DNA of 64,000 nt from Candidatus Dojkabacteria bacterium (lineage in GTDB: Bacteria > Patescibacteriota > Dojkabacteria > SC72 > JAFGCJ01): the NCBI GenBank assembly GCA_016932785.1, contig JAFGCJ010000002.1, forward strand, positions 529,777 through 593,776, in the 5' to 3' direction. A program made the translations under genes and the position numbers. The notes under the pieces are model-generated. The model did not search any database. It had not been told where the DNA came from and saw nothing but the letters and a program-made list of their open reading frames with translations. Positions within the stretch are counted from its first letter, which is position 1. Every line of letters begins with the position of its first letter. This document shows positions 27,414 to 37,603 of this stretch, one piece after another.

Positions 27414-28508
27414 CTACCCCTTCAGCTCCTCCCACAACTTTCTTTCCTTCCTTCCAACCTTCTTCGGAATCTCTATTTTCACCCGGACATACTCATCTCC
27501 AAAGCCTTTTCCCCCAAGACGCGGTGCACCCTTGTCTTTTAATTTGAATATTGCACTGGGTTGAGTACCTTTTGGGACTTTCAATTTTACATCTCCATGA
27601 ATCGTTGGTACTTCAATTTCTCCACCTAGAACAGCAAGAGGTACAGGAACTTGAACATCGACATAAATATCGTCCTCACTTCTTTCAAAAATTTCGTCCG
27701 GCTCAACTTGAAGCTGCACATATAGATCACCATATTCGCCTCCATTCCTACCTGCATGTCCGCCATGGCGGAACCTCAACACCATCCCATCATAACTTCC
27801 TTCTGGTATTTTGACGCTGACTTTTTTCTTCTCGGTCAGTATCCCATTTCCACCGCATTTCTTACATCTGGACTTTGGAATACTTCCCTTTCCTTCACAA
27901 TCTGGACATTCAGTCACAACAGATATTCCTCCAATAATACTTTGCTGAGTTCGTCTCACCCTCCCTTGTCCGCCACAGGTCGAACATTCTTCAACTTCTT
28001 CGTTCTCAGCGCCAGTTCCCTTACACTCCGGACACTGAACATATCTTTCTACTTCGAGTTCAATCTCTTTCCCCCAAATCGCATCCTCAAAACTCAAATT
28101 TATACTTTTCCGAATATCCTCTCCTCTTTCTACCCGCTGTCTTCTTGCCCCACCCGACCAACCACCAAAACCAAAATCACCCATTCCACCCCCAAAGAAA
28201 CTATTCAAAATATCTCCCAGGTCACCCATATCAAATGGTGTACCACCAAATCCAGAAAATCCACTTGGCCCAGCACCAAATCCTTCTGTAGCCGCATGAC
28301 CAAATTGATCATAGGCTTGTTTTTTCTCTTCATTTGATAAAATTTCGTAGGCCTCCCTAACCTCCTTAAACTTCTCCTCAGCATCAGAGGATTTATTGTG
28401 GTCAGGATGATACTCTTTTGCCAACTTGCGATATGCTTTTTTTATCTCAGACTGCGAGGCACTCTTTGATACACCAAGAACCTCGTAATAGTCTCTTTTC
28501 TCAGGCAT
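27414..28508 (-). CDS. dnaJ: chaperone DnaJ
   Basis: J-domain DYYEVLGV...YHPDHN, a G/F region, and four CxxCxGxG zinc motifs. The start is taken at Met 28508 ([10 protein letters not shown]). Confidence 0.93.
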   Translation of the reverse strand: MPEKRDYYEVLGVSKSASQSEIKKAYRKLAKEYHPDHNKSSDAEEKFKEVREAYEILSNEEKKQAYDQFGHAATEGFGAGPSGFSGFGGTPFDMGDLGDILNSFFGGGMGDFGFGGWSGGARRQRVERGEDIRKSINLSFEDAIWGKEIELEVERYVQCPECKGTGAENEEVEECSTCGGQGRVRRTQQSIIGGISVVTECPDCEGKGSIPKSRCKKCGGNGILTEKKKVSVKIPEGSYDGMVLRFRHGGHAGRNGGEYGDLYVQLQVEPDEIFERSEDDIYVDVQVPVPLAVLGGEIEVPTIHGDVKLKVPKGTQPSAIFKLKDKGAPRLGGKGFGDEYVRVKIEIPKKVGRKERKLWEELKG

Positions 28509-28724
28509 AAAATACAATTTCAAATTAAGAATAATTCTTAGCAATTATACACCTTAACTGCCAATGTAAAAAATCGCTATACTGATACCGTATTCATCAC
28601 CGACTCATAAACTACATCAAACTTTTCCAAGGAATAAATGTCCCATCAAGGCTCTCGTCTACAAGATGAATCCTAGCTTATTCTGATATAATATAGGATA
28701 CAGGTAAAATAAGACGATGATTGA

Positions 28725-29372
28725 ATGGCTACAATGGTACAAGCCAGCTTTTGGCCACTCATGGACGCACAACCCACAAGAATAGACCCTGCTGAGCAAC
28801 TAGAACAACAGCTTGAGTTTTCAGCACAGAATTTCTATGATACATGCATTTTAAACCTGCTTAGTGCAAATCTTTTCACAAGAGAAGGTAGAGATCCTGT
28901 CTATCTATATAGCCGTACCTGGATGCATAATCAGCAAATAAACACAGATAATAAAAACACCTGTAGATTCTTGACCTATCTTCAGATAGCAATGGACCAG
29001 GAAATCGGAACTGGAGGAATATTGAGACATCAGGCAATAACTGGAAACAGGGCAATAATGGCACGTTATGTGATACTGTACCTTTGGCTAGGTTCTGAAT
29101 CCCGATACACCGATCTTGACCAACCGGTTCCCTCAGGTCCATCTTTTTGGGAAACTAACGACGCATTCGACGCACTCGAGACCGACGGTAACGAGGAAGG
29201 ATACAATATACTTGCCGTGTTCTGCCGAAAGCAAGCTCAAGATATTGAGGCAACTGTCGACCCTCACCTTTCCGAGCATTTAGACGATGATGACAAAACT
29301 CGTTCACAAACCTGGAAGACCCTCGCCGACATACTAGAAGGAAAAAGTATTCACCAACCTCCTTTACCCTAA
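28725..29372 (+). CDS. orphan protein (215 aa) with atypical composition
   Basis: It is rich in Gln/Thr/Trp/Arg/Asp and Lys-poor, unlike its neighbours. No signal peptide or known motif. It lies 25 nt upstream of the sortase gene on the same strand. Confidence 0.55.
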   Translation: MATMVQASFWPLMDAQPTRIDPAEQLEQQLEFSAQNFYDTCILNLLSANLFTREGRDPVYLYSRTWMHNQQINTDNKNTCRFLTYLQIAMDQEIGTGGILRHQAITGNRAIMARYVILYLWLGSESRYTDLDQPVPSGPSFWETNDAFDALETDGNEEGYNILAVFCRKQAQDIEATVDPHLSEHLDDDDKTRSQTWKTLADILEGKSIHQPPLP

Positions 29373-29397
29373 ATTCCCCTGTGCTAAAATAAAACCA

Positions 29398-30234
29398 ATG
29401 GTAAACAACCACAATACAACTGTTACAGACCAATCTCTCGACGAGAACGAGGAATACATACGTATGCAAAAAGCACGCCAGGCAAAGTACCTTGTTTCAT
29501 TTTTGCTTGCAATAACTGGATTTATTGTCCTAGGAGCACAACTTGGCCCTCTAGCTTCCTCATATGTTAAGGGCAAAATCATCGAGAAGGGACTCGAATC
29601 AATCAAAGATCCGACTACCGAAAGCGAGCTTAGTCCAGAGGATGCTGACCTGCCCTACTACGATCCGGGACTCAGTTATTTTCAAAATTTAGTACAACAT
29701 ATAAGCCCCGGTTATGTAGCAGGAGCATCTACAGATCCAAACCACCCTCAGCCGACACAAAATATAACTGTAGACGAAAACTATTCCAAGGACATGAAAA
29801 TGTCCATTCCATCAATAGGAATAAGCGACGTCACAATCACCTCAAATGTAGATAGTTTCAATGAATCTGTATACAACAAGGCTCTTAAAAGAGGTCTTGC
29901 ACACTTTAAGGGAACTCCATTACCCGGCGACGGAGGTAATTCATTTATCTATGGTCACAGTGCTGTGGAGTCATTTTTCTCAAGACACCCAAACTATGAA
30001 GAAACCATCTTCTCCCGACTCGAAAACATCGAAATCGCTGATACATTCATGATTAAGAAGGACGGAAAGACACTGGAATATACAGTGCAAAAAAAGAAAA
30101 TTGCAGATCCTGACAATTTCGATGTAATATCAGGTATAGAAGGAAAACAGACAGTAACACTGATGACCTGTTGGCCCCTTGGTATTGGTAGCCAGAGATT
30201 AATTGTGATAGGTGAACTTACAAATGATGGATAA
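29398..30234 (+). CDS. sortase-family transpeptidase (membrane anchored)
   Basis: N-terminal TM helix YLVSFLLAITGFIVLGAQLG. The catalytic His context is NSFIYGHS and the catalytic Cys context is TVTLMTCWP. Confidence 0.8.
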   Translation: MVNNHNTTVTDQSLDENEEYIRMQKARQAKYLVSFLLAITGFIVLGAQLGPLASSYVKGKIIEKGLESIKDPTTESELSPEDADLPYYDPGLSYFQNLVQHISPGYVAGASTDPNHPQPTQNITVDENYSKDMKMSIPSIGISDVTITSNVDSFNESVYNKALKRGLAHFKGTPLPGDGGNSFIYGHSAVESFFSRHPNYEETIFSRLENIEIADTFMIKKDGKTLEYTVQKKKIADPDNFDVISGIEGKQTVTLMTCWPLGIGSQRLIVIGELTNDG

Positions 30235-31531
30235 AAAGAAACTTGTTTTAATAATTGTGTTTGGAGTAATAGTAATAGCCGCGGCAATAGGGTTCATATA
30301 CTATAGAACTACTCAAAACCAGAGTGGCTCTGGAGGAAAAGTAGAACTAGTATATTGGGGACTATGGGAACCTGAAGAGCACATGAGAGAAGTAATCGAA
30401 GAGTATGAAAGCGAGAATCCAAATGTAACGATAAAATACACACAGAAAAGATTTACACAATACGAGGAAAATATCTACGAGAGACTGACAGATTCAAAAA
30501 CAACGCCAGATATTGTAAGAATAAATAACACATGGACTTACAAATTCCAAAGCAGATTATCCTCAGTCCCGCCAGAAATAATGAGCAGTTCAGAATACCA
30601 GGAAACCTTCTACCCTACCGCACTCGACGACTTTACCGGTACAGACGGAAAACTTTACGCAATTCCACTGGAGGTTGACGGACTCGCGATGTACTATAAC
30701 AAGGATCTTTTTGCAAAAGCTGGAATCGAGGAAGTACCTCAGGATTGGGACACATTCATAGAGGTTGCACAGAAGCTTACTGAAACAGATTCCTCCGGCG
30801 ACATTGTTACCGCGGGAGCTGGAATAGGATGTTCTACAAATATCAATCACTCGGCAGATATTCTTTTCGCATTAATGCTTCAGAACAATGTCCAAATGAC
30901 AACAAGTGACGGAGTCGAAGCGTCATTCGACTCAACCCGTGGAGAGGCAGCAATGAAATATTACGTAGACTTTGCAAAAGAGCATAAGGTCTGGTCCTGC
31001 GGATTAAGAAACGACCTTGAGATGTTCACGGGAGGAAAACTCGCAATAATGTTCGCTCCAAGCTGGAGGGTTTTTGACATAATAAACATGAACTCCTCAA
31101 TCAACTTCGACGTAGCACCTTTCCCACAGCTCCCAGCAAACGACGTCGACGTTTATTACTCAATGTACTGGGGAGACGCTGTTTCAGCTCAATCACAGAA
31201 TCAGCTTGAAGCATGGAAATTCATAAAGTTTCTAAGCGAAAAGGAACAACTTAAAAAAATGTACGCTGCTGAATCCAAAAGTAGAACATTTGGTGAACCC
31301 TACTCCAGAGTAGATCTTGCAGATGAAATTAAAGACTCCCCGTACGCAGGTGTTTTCATTCAGATGGCACCATCAATGGTAAGCTGGAAACTGGGAGACC
31401 AAAAAACAACAGAGGATGCTATTAACACTGCCATAAGCGATGTAGTCGACGGAAGAGAAACGGAATCCGCAGCACTCAAGGACGCGGTCGATACAATTAA
31501 TAGCAAAAACCAAGAAATTTACTCACAGTAA
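30212..31531 (+). CDS. ABC-transporter family-1 extracellular solute-binding protein (sugar type), no cognate permease in window
   Basis: N-terminal TM anchor, then VELVYWGLWEPEE, PDIVRINNTW and KLYAIPLEVDGLAMYYNKDLF. Confidence 0.75.
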   Translation: MNLQMMDKKKLVLIIVFGVIVIAAAIGFIYYRTTQNQSGSGGKVELVYWGLWEPEEHMREVIEEYESENPNVTIKYTQKRFTQYEENIYERLTDSKTTPDIVRINNTWTYKFQSRLSSVPPEIMSSSEYQETFYPTALDDFTGTDGKLYAIPLEVDGLAMYYNKDLFAKAGIEEVPQDWDTFIEVAQKLTETDSSGDIVTAGAGIGCSTNINHSADILFALMLQNNVQMTTSDGVEASFDSTRGEAAMKYYVDFAKEHKVWSCGLRNDLEMFTGGKLAIMFAPSWRVFDIINMNSSINFDVAPFPQLPANDVDVYYSMYWGDAVSAQSQNQLEAWKFIKFLSEKEQLKKMYAAESKSRTFGEPYSRVDLADEIKDSPYAGVFIQMAPSMVSWKLGDQKTTEDAINTAISDVVDGRETESAALKDAVDTINSKNQEIYSQ

Positions 31532-31595
31532 TCTCCAAAGAAACACTATATTAACGATTGCAGAGGCTATCACTAATGGTATATAGTAAATATAG

Positions 31596-34349
31596 ATGAA
31601 AAAGCCCCAGAAAAAACAAAATAGACTGGCAATTGTTGCTACTTTATTACTCCTGGTAGCCATTCCTTTGGGCATTTTAGGAACACAGACCATTAACGAT
31701 ATCAGAAACCGGGCCGCTGATACCGAAAAACTTCACTTCAGTACAGACTTTTCAGAAAGCAACACCACCGCGTATATCGGAATTCCTTATGAGCTCAAAT
31801 TGACTCTCGAAGGAACAGGATCAAGCCAAGCCAATATTGGCTTTGGATGTGATTTAGATTCATGCAACGAGCTGTGTGGAGACATTGAATGGGATAAACC
31901 CCAAAATCTAGACATCCTTCCCGGTTCCAAAACACTAGTATGGAGAGACCCTAGATCTGAAGAGGGAAAAACGTCCTGGAATGTTCTTTTATCAGCATCG
32001 TATCAAGATTCAGAGGGAAATAGCACATGCACATATGCAGAACTCCCGCTATCAGTTACAAGCAAGATCAGCAACGATGCTCCTCAATGTCAAATACTCC
32101 AGTCACACAATAATCTCGACAAAGTTCCTCAGAACACAAGAACCGAATTTATTCTCCGTGGAACAGACCCAGACGATGGGATCTCGAAAGCTCAATTTAC
32201 AGTAACAAAAGATCAAGAGACCGTTCGCGACCTTAGCTGGGAAATAGATAATCAAAGAAATGTCGTAATAAACAAGGACGATGATCCTGGACTCATATTC
32301 TTTTTTGAAGATACAGGTACATACTCAATATCCGCAAGCATGACAGATGCAAGTGGTCAGACCTCCAACTGTGAAACTGAGAACACATCATCCCTTAATA
32401 TCGTAATTCCGGGTGATAATGGATCTCCAGAATTTCAAACTGATCCATATGACGATTCAACCCCTGGAGCAGATTTAGAAATCGGAGAGCAATACTCCTA
32501 TACGGTAGAAGCCGAGGACCCAGAAGATGACGCGATAGACTACTTTGTTATAAATGAAACAGGATGGCTGAACTTCAATTTGAATGAGAATGAAAATGGC
32601 AATTTTTCTGGAACATTTTCCGGTACACCCTCGCAGGCCGGGAGTTACACAGTTGTTGTTTCACTTAATGACGGATTTCATGATCACTACTCCACGCAAA
32701 TTTGGGTCATAAATGTCGATTCAGATACTAATGATACCCCCATTGTTGATGTAACCAGTCCAACACCAGGAACAGCAATACAACAAGGACAAAACCTGCA
32801 AATCGAATGGCAAGCTACTGACAGCAACCTAATAACATCATTCGATATATTTCTCTCCACTGATCCTGCAAACGAAGACACTTGGGTACCAATAGCGACC
32901 GGTCTGGGATATAACTACAACTCATACATATGGGATACAGGAAGCACAACACCAGGAAGATACTATATCATCGTACGCGCAACTGACAACCAATCTCCTC
33001 CAGCTGTAGGACAGGGAATTTCAGCCGCATTTGATATAACAACAGGAGAAACTGTGATACCGACCCAAGACGATGATGACTCCACAATCCCAGACAGTTA
33101 TCCCCAAATTAAGAACATCAGACCAGCCGACAAAAGTAAAACAGAGGAAACAAAACCTCTTATTTCCGCTGATCTTTTCGCTTCAAAAAATGAAACAATA
33201 GAAAAAGACTCTATCATGATCAAGCTTGATGATGAGAATATCACTGATTCAACAGATATCCGTGGAGAAGAAAAGAACGAAGGCTCGATTATATATACTC
33301 CAGACGAACCCCTTAACTCTGGAACCCACAAAGTATCAATTACATTTAAGGACAGTGCCGGAAGGACAGGACAAAAATCATGGACATTCACAATAGAATC
33401 TCCTGACCAAGCAGAAGAAACAACTGACGAGGATACAATCTCTATCCTAGGATTTAAAGTCCCGAAAAGAATAGCACTAATAGTGGCAATTGGACTGGCG
33501 CTTTTGATACTCGCCATACTTATTCCATGGCTTTTTTATGCTGCATGGAGAAGATCCTCTGAATCTACCAGCGATGAATACTACACAACAGATTATTATA
33601 CGCCACCATACGAGCCTGGTCCTCCACCGCCATCACCGATAGCAACAGGTAATACTGAGCCACAACCTATTCAACCAACACCACAAGACAGTAATGTGGA
33701 AAAAGATACTGGTGGAGCGTCAAATTTATATTCTACGGCAATAATTCCTACAGAGCCCGACATTAGCCCTCCTCCGACAGAGATCGAACCTTCCGGTCCT
33801 GAACAGGTAGAACCCAAAACAGAAATCACAATAGATGCACCACCAACAGAACCCAGCGAGCCGGCAGAATCTACTGATCTACAAGCAAAACAATATGAGA
33901 CTCCAACGGGTCAATTCTCCCCCGAACAACCGGTTGCTCAAGCTGAATCTGAATCTAAGGAAGAACCGCCTATCCCAGATTTGGAACCTCCTCCTGCACC
34001 ATCATTTAGTGCGCCAACGGAATCTTCGGATACTCTTGACACTGAAAAGGCCGGCACTCCCGCCACCCCATTACAGCAAACTCCTTCTGCGCCAAGAGAG
34101 GTTTCAGAGAGTGAATTATATGATGCTTTTAAAGAAATAGGTCCCCCGGAGGATAACACACAAACTCAAGCAAGCGCAGACGATAAGAATCAGACTGATG
34201 AAACACCATCTAAGGAGCCCCAACTCAAATCACCGGTCAAATCCCAAAAACCTGAAGGCCTCTCAATTAAAAACCTTCCATCAGATCAGTTGAACTCATC
34301 TGAACCAACACCTATACCACCGATTCCTCCTGGTGGAATTGCAGCCTAG
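31596..34349 (+). CDS. 917-aa surface protein: signal peptide, Ig-like (He_PIG/cadherin-like) ectodomains, one TM, about 270-aa Pro/Glu/Thr/Ser-rich tail
   Basis: Signal peptide RLAIVATLLLLVAIPLGILG. The segment YSYTVEAEDPEDDAIDYFVINETGWLNF...GTPSQAGSYTVVVSLNDG is typical of putative-Ig (He_PIG) domains. The TM helix is IALIVAIGLALLILAILIPWLFY. The tail includes PPYEPGPPPPSPI and IPPIPPGG. Confidence 0.7.
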   Translation: MKKPQKKQNRLAIVATLLLLVAIPLGILGTQTINDIRNRAADTEKLHFSTDFSESNTTAYIGIPYELKLTLEGTGSSQANIGFGCDLDSCNELCGDIEWDKPQNLDILPGSKTLVWRDPRSEEGKTSWNVLLSASYQDSEGNSTCTYAELPLSVTSKISNDAPQCQILQSHNNLDKVPQNTRTEFILRGTDPDDGISKAQFTVTKDQETVRDLSWEIDNQRNVVINKDDDPGLIFFFEDTGTYSISASMTDASGQTSNCETENTSSLNIVIPGDNGSPEFQTDPYDDSTPGADLEIGEQYSYTVEAEDPEDDAIDYFVINETGWLNFNLNENENGNFSGTFSGTPSQAGSYTVVVSLNDGFHDHYSTQIWVINVDSDTNDTPIVDVTSPTPGTAIQQGQNLQIEWQATDSNLITSFDIFLSTDPANEDTWVPIATGLGYNYNSYIWDTGSTTPGRYYIIVRATDNQSPPAVGQGISAAFDITTGETVIPTQDDDDSTIPDSYPQIKNIRPADKSKTEETKPLISADLFASKNETIEKDSIMIKLDDENITDSTDIRGEEKNEGSIIYTPDEPLNSGTHKVSITFKDSAGRTGQKSWTFTIESPDQAEETTDEDTISILGFKVPKRIALIVAIGLALLILAILIPWLFYAAWRRSSESTSDEYYTTDYYTPPYEPGPPPPSPIATGNTEPQPIQPTPQDSNVEKDTGGASNLYSTAIIPTEPDISPPPTEIEPSGPEQVEPKTEITIDAPPTEPSEPAESTDLQAKQYETPTGQFSPEQPVAQAESESKEEPPIPDLEPPPAPSFSAPTESSDTLDTEKAGTPATPLQQTPSAPREVSESELYDAFKEIGPPEDNTQTQASADDKNQTDETPSKEPQLKSPVKSQKPEGLSIKNLPSDQLNSSEPTPIPPIPPGGIAA

Positions 34350-34378
34350 ACACATAACACTTATAATTCCCTATCAAT

Positions 34379-36163
34379 ATGGAGAATCTCACATACCTAG
34401 AAATCAGAAAAAAATATCTTGATCATATGAAAAAGAACCGGCACATAGAGATACCTGGTGCTTCAATCATTCCGGAAAATGACCCGACGTTGCTCTTCGT
34501 GAATGCCGGTATGGTTCCTCTCGTACCTTTTCTACTTGGAGAAAAGCACCCCTCCGGAACCAGAATCACAAACGTTCAAAGGTGCATAAGAACAATAGAT
34601 ATTGATGAAGTCGGTGACACCCAGCACCTGACCGCATTCGAGATGCTTGGAAATTGGTCGCTCAATGACTACTTTAAGAAAGAAGCTATAAATTTCACAC
34701 TTAGCTTTTTCCTTGACGTAATGGGCTTTGATATTGACAATATTTATGCTTCAGTTTTTGAAGGAAACCATGATGCTCCAAGAGATGAGGAATCGATAAA
34801 AATCTGGTCAGAAATATTCCAAAAAAATGGAATCGAGCCAACCGTTGGTAAAGACGGAAGAATTTTTCCATATCCTAAAGAAGAGAATTGGTGGGAACTT
34901 GAGTCCGGAGGTCCATGCGGTCCGTGCTCAGAGATATTCTACGACACAGGAAAAGATCCGTGCGGGAAAGACTGTGAACCTCGTTGCCCGTGTGGAAAAT
35001 ACATAGAGCTAGGAAACAATGTATTCATGGAGTATCTCAAAGAAAAAGGAAACTACTCAAAAATGGAAAGGCACAACGTAGACTTTGGGGGCGGCCTCGA
35101 TAGATACGCAATGATATCTCAAGGAACGGATAGTGTATTCGAAACAGATATTTACAAACCGATACTGGAAACTGTTCAGAATCTCAGCTCTGAAGACTTA
35201 GTAAAATCTCAACGTGTTGTTGTTGATCATATTAAGGCCGCAACTTGGATGGTCAGCGAAGGAGTTATCCCTGGAAGAACTGAGCGAAGCTATGTTCTTC
35301 GCAGGATTATTAGAAAAGCTGTGAGACACGCACGTCTTCTGGGCATCAAGGAAAATTTCACACGCAAAGTCGGTGCAGTGGCAATAGAACAGTTTTCCCC
35401 CGTCTACCCCAACCTCTCTAAAACTCAAGACCAGACCCTCGAGATAATCGAAGAAGAAGAGAAGAAATTCCGGAAAACAATCAATGATGGAATCAAGAAA
35501 TTTGAAGCACTAGTAAAAGACAACAAAGGAATCTCAGGTGAAGAAGCATTTTATTTATATGAAACATATGGATTCCCGATCGAGATAACTAAGGAAATGG
35601 CTGAAGAAAAAGGATTCAAGGTTGACCTGGAACAGTTTAAAAAGGCTTTTGATAATCATAGGGAGAAATCTCGAGATGCAGCTAAAGGCTTCTTCAAGGG
35701 GGGATTAGCCGATACATCCGACATGTCAAAGAAATACCACACGACAACCCATCTTCTCAATGCGGCGCTCAAGATGGTTCTTGGAAACCACGTCCATCAA
35801 AAAGGCAGTAATATTAATCCTGATCGCCTCAGATTCGATTTTGCACATGATCAAAAGCTAACTGATGAGCAAATAGCTGAAGTTGAAAATATTGTTAATG
35901 AACAGATACAGAAAGACCTTCCTGTCTGCTTTGAAGAAGTACCAAAAAAAGAAGCCCTTAAGCTTGTCCCAGATGCCGTTTTCGTAGAGAAATATGGCGA
36001 TAAAGTTAAGGTTTATAGTATTGGGGACAAGGAAAATCCGTTTTCCCTGGAAATCTGCGGAGGTCCCCATGTGGAAAAGACAAGCGAGCTGGGTAAATTC
36101 AAAATAATAAAGCAGGAAAGTGTCGGTGCCGGAGTAAGAAGGATTAAAGCTATATTAGAATAA
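34379..36163 (+). CDS. alaS: alanine--tRNA ligase, minimal form (no C-Ala domain)
   Basis: FVNAGMVPLVPF, RCIRT.D...VGDTQHLTAFEMLGNWS and GPCGPCSEIFYD, plus editing-domain motifs HTTTHLLNAAL and EICGGPHV. It is 594 aa, versus about 870 aa for typical bacterial AlaRS. Confidence 0.9.
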   Translation: MENLTYLEIRKKYLDHMKKNRHIEIPGASIIPENDPTLLFVNAGMVPLVPFLLGEKHPSGTRITNVQRCIRTIDIDEVGDTQHLTAFEMLGNWSLNDYFKKEAINFTLSFFLDVMGFDIDNIYASVFEGNHDAPRDEESIKIWSEIFQKNGIEPTVGKDGRIFPYPKEENWWELESGGPCGPCSEIFYDTGKDPCGKDCEPRCPCGKYIELGNNVFMEYLKEKGNYSKMERHNVDFGGGLDRYAMISQGTDSVFETDIYKPILETVQNLSSEDLVKSQRVVVDHIKAATWMVSEGVIPGRTERSYVLRRIIRKAVRHARLLGIKENFTRKVGAVAIEQFSPVYPNLSKTQDQTLEIIEEEEKKFRKTINDGIKKFEALVKDNKGISGEEAFYLYETYGFPIEITKEMAEEKGFKVDLEQFKKAFDNHREKSRDAAKGFFKGGLADTSDMSKKYHTTTHLLNAALKMVLGNHVHQKGSNINPDRLRFDFAHDQKLTDEQIAEVENIVNEQIQKDLPVCFEEVPKKEALKLVPDAVFVEKYGDKVKVYSIGDKENPFSLEICGGPHVEKTSELGKFKIIKQESVGAGVRRIKAILE

Positions 36164-36165
36164 AG

Positions 36166-36579
36166 ATGAAATATCTCTCCATTGATCTAGGTGAAACCCG
36201 AATAGGTATAGCAATTTCCGATGATACCGGAACAATAGCAGCCCCCCACTCCATCCTTTTACGGAAATCTGACCAGGAGGCAATTTCACACATTAAAACC
36301 CTGTGTAATTCTCTCAACATAGACCAGCTTGTATTGGGCATTCCACTCTCTGCAAGAGAGTCTACACAAAAAAGATTCCGTAATTTTGGTGAAAAACTTT
36401 CAAAAGAGACTGACATTAAAGTAAATGAGTGGGACGAAACATTTTCTACAAAACAGGCACAAAATGTGGTAGCATTTTCTGACGGAATTCCGGGGAAAAA
36501 GAAGACAAAAACCCACCGAGACGATGTCGCAGCAGCAGTAATATTACAAGAATATTTAGACCATGAAAAAAATCTTTAA
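36166..36579 (+). CDS. ruvX: Holliday-junction resolvase-like nuclease RuvX/YqgF
   Basis: 137 aa with LSIDLGETRIGIAISD, LVLGIPL and DDVAAAVILQEYL. Confidence 0.88.
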   Translation: MKYLSIDLGETRIGIAISDDTGTIAAPHSILLRKSDQEAISHIKTLCNSLNIDQLVLGIPLSARESTQKRFRNFGEKLSKETDIKVNEWDETFSTKQAQNVVAFSDGIPGKKKTKTHRDDVAAAVILQEYLDHEKNL

Positions 36580-37603
36580 GCTCCTGGCTATATTACTAGT
36601 AGTTATCGTAGTTCTTATTGTGGTACCACTATCACTGCTAATTATGGACTACAACAAAAAGATTGATCAACCAGCAAGCGATTCCAGCGAAATAGTAGAG
36701 TTCGTAATAGAGGAAGGTCAGACAACCGACGAAATCGCCCAAAATCTAGAAGACGCTGGACTGATAGTAAACAAACTATATTTCAGAATTTATCTCAAGC
36801 AAAAGGGGTTCGAGACCAAACTTCAAGCTGGATCATTCAAACTGAAAAGGAACCTAACCATCAAGAAGATTTCAGAGGAGCTGCAACACGCAAGTATTCC
36901 TGATATCTGGGTAACTATACCTGAAAGTCTTATGGCAACAGAGATCGCAGACGTACTTGAACAGGGATTTCAAGCCAATCCCGAGACTTCTTTTGATAAG
37001 CAGCAATTTCTAAACATGCTAAATGACCCGTCTCACGTCTCAAATCTCGGAATTCCTATTCCAGCCGGAAAGCCTTTGGAGGGATACCTCTATCCTGATA
37101 CATATAGATTTCCTGCAGATGCAAACGCCGAGTACGTTCTAAATGCAATACTATCTGATGGATTTAAAGATAAAATATACGAAAAATATCAACCAGAGAT
37201 CGACCAGTCTCAATTTTCTTTATACGAAGTTCTAATCCTAGCCTCTATACTTGAGAGAGAGACAAGACATCCAGAGGACAGACCTATGGTTGCAGATATT
37301 CTGATTAGACGTATAAACAATAACTGGGCCCTAGAAGTCGATGCTACCCTACTCTACTATTTTGGAGACTGGAAGCATGAAATAACATATCAAGACCTAC
37401 AACTGGATACACCTTACAATACAAGACAAAACTCAGGACTTACGCCGACCCCAATTTGCAACCCAGGTGAAGAGACCATTAAGGCAATTCTTTACCCAGA
37501 AGAGAACCAGTACTGGTTTTACATAAGTGACGCCGACGGCATTCTGCACTACGCTACTACTCTTGAAGAGCATAATGCGAATATTAATCAATACCTACAG
37601 TAA
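36563..37603 (+). CDS. mltG: endolytic murein transglycosylase MltG (YceG-like)
   Basis: N-terminal TM helix, EGYLYPDTYRF, LASILERE and YNTRQNSGLTPTPICNPG. Confidence 0.88.
   Translation: MKKIFKLLAILLVVIVVLIVVPLSLLIMDYNKKIDQPASDSSEIVEFVIEEGQTTDEIAQNLEDAGLIVNKLYFRIYLKQKGFETKLQAGSFKLKRNLTIKKISEELQHASIPDIWVTIPESLMATEIADVLEQGFQANPETSFDKQQFLNMLNDPSHVSNLGIPIPAGKPLEGYLYPDTYRFPADANAEYVLNAILSDGFKDKIYEKYQPEIDQSQFSLYEVLILASILERETRHPEDRPMVADILIRRINNNWALEVDATLLYYFGDWKHEITYQDLQLDTPYNTRQNSGLTPTPICNPGEETIKAILYPEENQYWFYISDADGILHYATTLEEHNANINQYLQ

Noticed and set aside
28526-28540. Palindrome taagaat-a-attctta between the dnaJ promoter and start
   Set aside because: I looked for a CIRCE/HrcA operator (TTAGCACTC-N9-GAGTGCTAA) and this does not match. 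A short AT-rich palindrome is expected by chance in this composition.
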